37,378 nucleotides of DNA from Candidatus Methanomethylicia archaeon (GTDB taxonomy: Archaea > Thermoproteota > Methanomethylicia > CALHIW01), in assembly GCA_038845975.1 (NCBI GenBank), contig JAWBQF010000025.1, forward strand, positions 1 through 37,378, read 5' to 3'. Below, piece by piece: positions 30,396 through 37,378 of this stretch. The position numbers and the translations under genes are program-made. How positions within the stretch are numbered: the first letter of the stretch is position 1; each line of letters starts with the position of its first letter. The notes beneath the pieces were generated by a model that was not told the DNA's origin, ran no database searches, and was given only the letters and a program-made list of their open reading frames with translations.

Positions 30396-31043
30396 AATTA
30401 AATAATTCAGAACTAACTCTTATTTTTTTTGATAATAAAATTCCAATAGGAATCAATACTTGTTATGCTTAAGGTATTTATATGATTTCTTCGTTATATA
30501 GCTGTTAACTTAAGTATGTTTATCATCTTTACTATTAGGTTTTATCTATAACTCTTAGCATTAATCTCCTCTAATATGTTTACTTTAGATAGTATTAATT
30601 TCTTAAGCACTTCACCCTCATATGGTTATTGAATAACTTACCTAATCAAGCTCTATTGAAAGTAGAAAGCTATAAATCTATTAGGAAATCAGTAATAGCA
30701 GTATAGTTTAATCTTAACCCTGCATGAACCATTCTAATAACAATAGGATTAAACAGTTTATCATTAACAAAATCTTTAACCTACTGAACATCTAATCATC
30801 AATAGTCTTAAACATTCATTATATTTTAGAAACTAGTATCTCATACCACTTTTCAATGGGGTTAAATTAGATATTATGGCTACCTATTATCATTAGATCT
30901 TACGATAAATGTTCTTCTCCCTACCCTATTCTATACTACATTTATATATTACTAGGCTTATATTTCGTATGGTTAGTATGTTTTCTCCTTGTTTAGCTAA
31001 AAGTGTATGTTTACTGATTAGGGTGATAATGGGGATGTAAGCT

Positions 31044-31489
31044 ATGATTGTGAGGGATAGGCTTTCTATTGCTGAAAGATATGTTAATCTACTTCGTACA
31101 TTCCGGAAGAAGATTGGAGATGTTGGGGAGCTGTCTAGAGATCTTATCCTTCGTGGTGCTGTTGAGAGATACTTACAGTTATCTATTGAGGCAATTATTG
31201 ATGTAGGTTTCAGAATATGCTCCATATTAGGGCTTGAGAAGCCTGAAAGGTATTGTGATATAGCTAAAATACTGTTGCATAGCGGTTTTTGAATGATAAA
31301 TATTCTAAAAGGCTTAAGCTTTAGATAGGCTTCAGAAACATTCTTGTACATGCCTATGCTTCAATAGATGTAGCTAAGGTGTTCGATGCTATGAATAAGA
31401 TAAAGGAACTGGAGGAAATAATAAAGCAGATTAGTAAGTCTCTAGAGGATAAGCCCATTGATCCTAAAGATACTGGGAACCATAGGTAA
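31044..31489 (+). pseudogene. hepT: Disrupted HepT/DUF86 HEPN ribonuclease toxin
   Basis: AVERYLQLSIEAIIDV, then a frameshift in the T-run near 31286-31290 and an in-frame TAG at 31322-31324, followed by IGFRNILVHAYASID (RxxxxHxY) and TAA at 31487-31489. Confidence 0.9.
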
Positions 31490-31874
31490 AACATTGATTG
31501 AAAAAGTTAGGAAGATTCTTAATTCAAGAAGCCTCATATTGTTTGCATATATTTTCGGCTCTCAAGTGATGGGGGAAGCCACGATGAGAAGTGATGGGGA
31601 TGTCGCAATATACACTTCGAAAAGTATGAGCTGGAAGGAAATTATAGAGGTTCAAAACCAGCTTGAGGATAATATAAACCGTAAAGTGGATCTAATATAT
31701 CTAAATACAGCTCCACTACTACTAACATATGAGGTGATCTCGAAGGGAAAGCTAATACTTGATAGAGATCCTGCAAGTAGGGTAGAGTATGAGACTAAAG
31801 TATTAAGGGAGTTTCTAGATATAAGGCCTAGACTTGAAGAATACTATAGATTAGTGCTTCACATGGAAAGCTAG
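31458..31874 (+). CDS. mntA: MntA-type minimal nucleotidyltransferase antitoxin
   Basis: AYIFGS-x10-DGD, KVDLIYLNTAP, EVISKGKLI. Confidence 0.88.
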   Translation: MILKILGTIGKTLIEKVRKILNSRSLILFAYIFGSQVMGEATMRSDGDVAIYTSKSMSWKEIIEVQNQLEDNINRKVDLIYLNTAPLLLTYEVISKGKLILDRDPASRVEYETKVLREFLDIRPRLEEYYRLVLHMES

Positions 31875-32112
31875 TATCATAAGTAGTTAGTATCTTAATC
31901 AATTTAGATCAGAAGTTTAAAGTTGCTGTAGATAAAGCCTAAGTTTGCTGGACTTCATGTAAAAGTTTACTTAAATGATTAAGGGGAAAATGGAATAGAT
32001 TCTAAATAGTAAAGCCATACATAAAGTTAAATTATCTAAATAGATTGAGGATAATATAGCAGCAATTATTTTAAGCGAAACACTTAAAATCTATTCTTTT
32101 AAAATATTAGAG

Positions 32113-32550
32113 ATGAGTGTAAGAATGGTTGATGTAACCGGTAAGGATGTTGTATTTAGGGAGGCTGTAGCTGAGGGTAGAATAAAGCTTAGGAGGGAAA
32201 CTGTAGAATTGGTGAGGATGGGGAGGATTGAGAAGGGAGATGTTTTTTCAATAGCGAAAATATCTGCAATAATGGCTGTTAAAAAAACCTCCGAGATTAT
32301 TCCTCTTACTCATCCAATACCTATAACATATGTAGATGCTGATATAAGAGATGATGAGGATAGCATCTATGTAAGGGTAACTGTTAGAACTAATGCTCAG
32401 ACAGGTGTTGAAATGGAGGCATTAACAGGTGTTGCTGCTGCTCTATTAACAGTATGGGATCTAGTTAAAAAATATGAGAAGAATGAAAGGGGACAATATC
32501 TAAATACTGAAATAAGCAGTATCAAAGTTGTAAGTAAGGTTAAGACCTAA
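32113..32550 (+). CDS. moaC: Cyclic pyranopterin monophosphate synthase
   Basis: MVDVTGK, KGDV, KKTSEIIPLTHPI, TGVEMEALTG, VWDLVK. Confidence 0.97.
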   Translation: MSVRMVDVTGKDVVFREAVAEGRIKLRRETVELVRMGRIEKGDVFSIAKISAIMAVKKTSEIIPLTHPIPITYVDADIRDDEDSIYVRVTVRTNAQTGVEMEALTGVAAALLTVWDLVKKYEKNERGQYLNTEISSIKVVSKVKT

Positions 32551-32573
32551 TACTTTGTGGCTTAGAATATAGG

Positions 32574-33746
32574 TTAAACTGTTATTTCCCTTATTGTTTC
32601 AACACTTCTCTTAAGTAGCAAATCTATATTTAGCTTTTCTTCGACTTCTTTGATTTCTTGAAGATTTGATTTTGTTGCTGGCTTACTTGGTTTAGCCCAG
32701 CATCCAGTTCTCGGTAGGCATCCTGTTCTGATACGTATACATGACTTATCATATGTTCCGATTTCCCTAGCTATCTTCTCAGTCTCAATCTTATCAAATC
32801 CTATTAATGGCCTAAATACTGGAAGCTCTGATGCTTCATCTATTGTTTGAAGATTAGATAGTGTTTGTGAAGCTACTTGAGCTAGGTTTTCACCAGTAAC
32901 TATTGCTTTAGCATTAATTCTCTTAGCAAGCTCATTAGCTACTCTATACATCATCCTCCTACATAGAATACATGTATATTTAGGAGCTGCCTTCCTGAAT
33001 TCTACTAGATTATGTTCATGCCTATATGTATACGCTCTTAACTTTACTCCTACACTCCAATGTTTTAATACCTTTAATACTTCAATATATCTTAAAAGAT
33101 CAGATTCCTCTCCTCCTCTTGGGAAGTAAGCAAACAATGGATATATTATACATCCCCTCTTCATCATCATCCATGCAGCTACAGGGGAATCTATACCTCC
33201 AGATAATAGACATACAGCTTTACCTGAGGATCCTAGTGGGAGACCACCTGGACCTTTAAGCTTACTATTATATACGAAGCAGTCCTCTCCTCTAACCTCA
33301 ACATAAACTGTTCTCTCAGGATTTTTAAGGTTAACTCTACATCCAGTCAAATCAACAATTATTCTCCCAATATCTCTCTCCAAGTCTAAACTTGTAAATT
33401 CATGTTTTCCCTCCCTACGTACACGGACAGCAAAGCTTCCCGCATTACCTATAAGGCTCTTCACATTACTTCTTATAAACTCATTAAGCTTTTCAAGCTT
33501 AACATGCATGCAAGGAGCAAAATAGGAAACACCGAAAACATATGGTAAAACCCTACATAAACTATCGATATCACTATGTTCAAGAAATATTCTCCCACCA
33601 AACAATCCAGCTTTAACTCCACCCACTTCATTCATAACATTTTCTATAAGGGTTTTTACAAACCTCCTTCTTACAGGAGGAGATTTAAGAGCTATCTCTC
33701 CGTATGCTAGAATAACTCCACTCCACATTAAGCTATCACTACACAC
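32574..33746 (-). CDS. thiI: tRNA 4-thiouridine synthase (THUMP + PP-loop, no rhodanese domain)
   Basis: YGEIALKS, GPGGLPLG, LSGGIDSPVA, CILCRRMM, TGENLAQVASQT, RPLIGFDK. Confidence 0.96.
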   Translation of the reverse strand: MCSDSLMWSGVILAYGEIALKSPPVRRRFVKTLIENVMNEVGGVKAGLFGGRIFLEHSDIDSLCRVLPYVFGVSYFAPCMHVKLEKLNEFIRSNVKSLIGNAGSFAVRVRREGKHEFTSLDLERDIGRIIVDLTGCRVNLKNPERTVYVEVRGEDCFVYNSKLKGPGGLPLGSSGKAVCLLSGGIDSPVAAWMMMKRGCIIYPLFAYFPRGGEESDLLRYIEVLKVLKHWSVGVKLRAYTYRHEHNLVEFRKAAPKYTCILCRRMMYRVANELAKRINAKAIVTGENLAQVASQTLSNLQTIDEASELPVFRPLIGFDKIETEKIAREIGTYDKSCIRIRTGCLPRTGCWAKPSKPATKSNLQEIKEVEEKLNIDLLLKRSVETIREITV

Positions 33747-33796
33747 TAATTAACAATTCATCCTAAAACATATTACGGTACTAAATTAGAAGAAGT

Positions 33797-34825
33797 CTAG
33801 AACCATTTATCAAGTCCTAATTGTCTTCCTGTCTTCCCTACTGATGTTTCAACCCTATCTATGGCTTTCTCTATCCGCTCCCGTGAAAAATCATGTTCCT
33901 CAACAAGTATCTCTATTACTCTACCTCTATCGATCGGTTTCCACTCCACTTTATAGTCTTCTGTTACTGTTGGTTTTAGGAAGATTTCCCTAATAGCTTG
34001 AAATGATGGTATCTGAATTTCAGGTAGATACTTTAATACATTCTCTAGATTACCATACTTCTTAATAAGCATATATGCACGTTTAGGACCTATCCCCTTT
34101 ACTCCATCAGGATTATAGTCTGTACCTATTAATATAGCTAAATCTATTAATTGCTCTCTTGTTAATTCAAGACTTCTCAATACTTCACTAAGTAAAACAA
34201 GCTCAGGTACTACTTCAACGTACCTCTCAGCTTTCGGAAGCTTACGTCTACCACTTATCGTTAAATTCCTTACCAGTTTAGGCGCTCCATAAAGAAGGGA
34301 ATCATAGTCTTGACTTGCAGAAGCCCAAACATCCCCTCTTATAGCTAGATAGGCTGCTTGAGCCTCCCCCTCTGAAGGAGCTTGAATCCATGGAATACCC
34401 ATAGCATTAAGAAGAGACTTAACTTCATCAACCATTTCCTCCCTCAATCTAGCCGACTGAGAAGCATAGGTTCTAGCTGCTTTAAGATCTCCTCTCTGTA
34501 AGGCCTCCTCATACTTCTTAACAGCCTCCTCCCTTAAAGCCTTCCTTCTAGCAACCTCCATCTCCTTTATCTCCGGAGGCTTCCCATCGAAAACATACAC
34601 TGGCTTAACCCCCATCTCCAATAAGTTAATTGTCCTATAGAAAACCCCACTGAGATGACTTGTCACCCTACCTTGGGAATCCATTAAAGGAGTTCCATCA
34701 GGCTGCCTAATAACAGTTAAGAACTGGTAAAGAGCATTATAACCATCAATAGCAATACTCTTACCCCTCAACTCCTGAAGCGTTAAAGTTGTCCTCACTA
34801 CAACATCCCCAAAATCAACACCCAA
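33797..34825 (-). CDS. fen: Flap endonuclease 1
   Basis: AIDGYNALYQFL, TSHLSG, APSEGEAQAA, SQDYDSLL, GTDYNPDG, C-terminal PIP box QLGLDKWF. Confidence 0.98.
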   Translation of the reverse strand: MGVDFGDVVVRTTLTLQELRGKSIAIDGYNALYQFLTVIRQPDGTPLMDSQGRVTSHLSGVFYRTINLLEMGVKPVYVFDGKPPEIKEMEVARRKALREEAVKKYEEALQRGDLKAARTYASQSARLREEMVDEVKSLLNAMGIPWIQAPSEGEAQAAYLAIRGDVWASASQDYDSLLYGAPKLVRNLTISGRRKLPKAERYVEVVPELVLLSEVLRSLELTREQLIDLAILIGTDYNPDGVKGIGPKRAYMLIKKYGNLENVLKYLPEIQIPSFQAIREIFLKPTVTEDYKVEWKPIDRGRVIEILVEEHDFSRERIEKAIDRVETSVGKTGRQLGLDKWF

Positions 34826-35366
34826 CCTCCCACCAAATTAACTAAACAATAATGTAAATATAAACTTAGCGTAACATGATGAAGGATTATTAACTTGAAG
34901 TTAAGCTAACATACCTTATCCATAGGGTAAATGCATGAATGCTTCATCGATGTTTATTAAATTATATGTTTCGCTGACTACGTAGTAATTTTCTATTTAA
35001 TAGCTTAATATTCTTCCCAGTTATGTGTTAGAATATAGAGATTCTTACTAGGTCCTTAAAGTTTATGACAATCTCTCTAACTAATTAAGATATTAGAGGA
35101 AAATGAATATTTGAAACAAGTTCCAAAATGCAATATGTTCAATTAAATACCTTCATCCCAGCCTAATAGTTATGCTACCATCCATAATCCTAAGTAATAT
35201 CTACAGAAATCACAGTGGAATTATTATAAGCACATAGATTACTCAATATCAATTCTAAGTCTACAGCTATAGGAAGCCAAATACCCTAACAATTCATCGT
35301 TAAGCTCACGAATTCCGTAGGAAAAACTTAAGGAAGATTTAAATATTCTATAATAAGTACATAGTT

Positions 35367-35810
35367 ATGGTGAAGTCCAGTAAGGCTTGGGATTGGCTAT
35401 CTATGGCTGAAGATGATTTAAGAGATGCTAGAAGAGACTATGAGTATGAAAGCTTTGCAAGTTCTGTAAACCATGCAGAACTTGCTTGTCAGAAAGCATT
35501 AAAAGCATTAATAGTAGCATTAGGTTATGAACCTTTAAAAACACATAAACCATCAATACAGATAAAAACCATAATAACTGGAGGATTATTAGAGGGGAGA
35601 AGAGAACTTATAGATAGAATAGGTAGAATTATATCTTATGCAATGACCCTGGAAGATCAGGGAACTATACCTAGATATGGATGGGAAACTATTAATAGAA
35701 TAATTAAGCCATTAGAAATATATGATAAGGAGAAGACAAAATCATTATTAGAAAATGCAGAATATGTTTTCAGCAAAGTTAAGGAAATACTAGGTGAAAT
35801 AGATTGCTAA
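35367..35810 (+). CDS. HEPN domain protein (COG2250-like)
   Basis: WLSMAEDDLRDA, AELACQKALKA, KTH, PRY; overlaps the downstream MNT gene. Confidence 0.88.
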   Translation: MVKSSKAWDWLSMAEDDLRDARRDYEYESFASSVNHAELACQKALKALIVALGYEPLKTHKPSIQIKTIITGGLLEGRRELIDRIGRIISYAMTLEDQGTIPRYGWETINRIIKPLEIYDKEKTKSLLENAEYVFSKVKEILGEIDC

Positions 35811-36223
35811 ATATTGACTGGGTGAGAGAACCATATAAATCCTATCTGAGAAAGTATGTTGAGAGATTAATTGGTTTAGGTAATGTTAAAGCAGTATTAC
35901 TATTCGGATCGTTGGCTGAGGATAGGATGAAGCCTTTCCCGGAGAGCGATATAGATCTACTCATTATTGCAGAAAATCTTCCAGAGAATCCAGTAGATAG
36001 AAGGTTAAGGAATCTACCTCTTAAAAATGGGAATACAATATTTGAAGATGTATGGCTTACACCAAAAGAACTGGAAGATGCAGTTAAGGGGGGGTGGGGA
36101 GTAGTATTAGATGCATTAACATTTGGAGTAAAACTCTACGATCCTGAAAACATAGTGGAGGAAGCTAAAAAACAAATCGAGAAATACTATACCAGAATAG
36201 GGAGAATTTGGAAGAGAAAGTAA
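35804..36223 (+). CDS. Minimal nucleotidyltransferase (MNT)
   Basis: VLLFGSLA..ESDIDLLII, LTPKEL, GVKLYD. Confidence 0.88.
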   Translation: MLNIDWVREPYKSYLRKYVERLIGLGNVKAVLLFGSLAEDRMKPFPESDIDLLIIAENLPENPVDRRLRNLPLKNGNTIFEDVWLTPKELEDAVKGGWGVVLDALTFGVKLYDPENIVEEAKKQIEKYYTRIGRIWKRK

Positions 36224-36325
36224 GCCATACTTACTGAATCAGCTAACATAAAGAAGCTTCAAGCTTAAAATAGCATTAAAATAGAAGTAATAAGCTTCAT
36301 CCTGCTTACTAGGTTACTTCTAAAT

Positions 36326-36913
36326 TTAGTTTTTAGCATGTCTCCATGTATAGTATAGTCGTTGTATTACGGTAATTTGTGAAAATACTATTATTAATAT
36401 CAATGCTGCCCTTAATGCTTGATTGTAAAATGGAAGAATCAACGTCCCAATAATTATTGTAATTAGTCTTTCCTGTCTTTCAAATAATCCTATAGCACAG
36501 CTTTTCAATCCACCACTTGATTCAGCTCTAGCTCTCGTATAGCTTACCATGATTGAGCTGAAAACAGCAATCATAACATATAACCATTCAACATATCCCC
36601 CAACAGCAATCCCAATCATTATTAAAAATTCAACATACCTATCCAATACAGCATCTAGAACTGATCCAAACCTAGTTTCAAAACCTATACTTCTTGCAAG
36701 AGCTCCATCTAAAGCATCCATAAATCCAGAAGCAATAATCATTATTAAAGCTAACAATGGCTGAAGTATAGCGTAAAAGTAGAAAATAGCGAAACCCAAT
36801 AGAAATCCTATGATGGTAATATGATTTGGCTTCAGTCCTATATAAGCTGCCTTAAGAGCAATAGGGCTAAACACCCTAATATCGATAAGCTCCCTCAATC
36901 TACTAAACACCAT
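36326..36913 (-). CDS. pgsA: CDP-alcohol phosphatidyltransferase (archaetidylinositol phosphate synthase-like)
   Basis: PNHITIIG, DALDGALAR..FGSVLDAVLDRYVE, VSYTRARAES, GLFERQER. Confidence 0.88.
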   Translation of the reverse strand: MVFSRLRELIDIRVFSPIALKAAYIGLKPNHITIIGFLLGFAIFYFYAILQPLLALIMIIASGFMDALDGALARSIGFETRFGSVLDAVLDRYVEFLIMIGIAVGGYVEWLYVMIAVFSSIMVSYTRARAESSGGLKSCAIGLFERQERLITIIIGTLILPFYNQALRAALILIIVFSQITVIQRLYYTWRHAKN

Positions 36914-37189
36914 AATTTATCAGCAACCACAATACTTAAGCTTCTATTACAAACCAATATTTAACTTTAACATAACCTACTATTCTAACCATATAATAGC
37001 CTTCTAATATACTTCACTATCAGTCTTAAAATCGTTTCACTCCTACTAAGATACTTTGTTGTAGCTTATCTAGCTATGAATTCATCATTACCAATGCCTA
37101 ACAACTATTTTAACTATTCTAATCAAATCTAGGAAATAGATTTATAGAACTGTATGTAAGTAGTCTTAAAGCTTGAAGCTAGATGTAAA

Positions 37190-37378
37190 ATGTCTATTAT
37201 AGTTTATATTGATGGACTTATAGAGCCTGTAAATCCTGGAGGTATTGCAACCTATGGCTTTGTAGTTTATAGAGGTGGAGTTAGAATTTATGAGGAGGCT
37301 GGACTTGTTGGTTCCGGTATGGATGGAGATGATGTTTCAAACAATGTAGCTGAATATACTGGATTAATAAAGGCTTTA
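37190..37378 (+). CDS. rnhA: Ribonuclease HI, 5' part (runs off the window end)
   Basis: Hand translation MSIIVYIDGLIEPVNPGGIATYGFVVY..SNNVAEYTGLIKAL shows the DG and NNxAEY catalytic motifs. Absent from the ORF track because it is truncated. Confidence 0.92.
   Translation, partial: MSIIVYIDGLIEPVNPGGIATYGFVVYRGGVRIYEEAGLVGSGMDGDDVSNNVAEYTGLIKAL

Noticed and set aside
31322-31324. In-frame TAG in hepT as possible pyrrolysine readthrough
   Set aside because: A separate frameshift lies 30 nt upstream, many genes in the window use TAG as a normal stop, and no pyl genes are visible.
3239-36764. Short antisense or nested ORFs (3239, 8811, 9221, 10497, 10827, 14656, 16151, 16598, 17825, 18341, 20961, 23240, 24226, 27255, 30153, 30250, 30926, 33026, 36549)
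   Set aside because: They overlap well-supported genes on the opposite strand or in another frame and show no recognisable motifs.
37020-37088. Possible C/D box sRNA on the minus strand (ATGATGA ... CTGA)
   Set aside because: Longer than typical archaeal sRNAs, no convincing internal D'/C' boxes and AT-rich guides.
1-37378. CRISPR arrays, tRNA or rRNA genes
   Set aside because: No regularly spaced repeats or GC-rich structured RNA segments were seen by eye; tRNAscan-SE and Infernal would be needed to exclude small RNAs.

Overview
AT-rich archaeal DNA, probably from a Thermoproteota/TACK-type lineage (inferred from PaREP1, archaeal FEN-1, Hel308, DTD2, crenarchaeal-type RNase HI and BRE/TATA promoters). 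Housekeeping genes (dtdA, hel308, moaC, thiI, fen, a CDP-alcohol phosphatidyltransferase, partial rnhA) sit mostly in the right half. Accessory content includes five toxin-antitoxin-like loci, a divergently split TAXI-TRAP transporter, an oxidative-stress cluster (SOD, rubrerythrin, ferritin-like), several secreted or membrane-anchored proteins and pseudogene remnants in long intergenic gaps. The best candidate for an undescribed system is a tight dsrE-tusA-dsrM-like-dsrK-like operon (8815-11439) with no dsrC or dsrAB in the window, bracketed by two direct-repeat copies of a CxxC thioredoxin-like gene. Also notable are an extracellular-domain/YhfC-protease/winged-helix fusion and a secreted eqolisin-like peptidase coupled to a DUF4367-like membrane protein. 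No tRNA, rRNA or CRISPR array was seen. All family assignments come from motif recognition by eye, not database searches.
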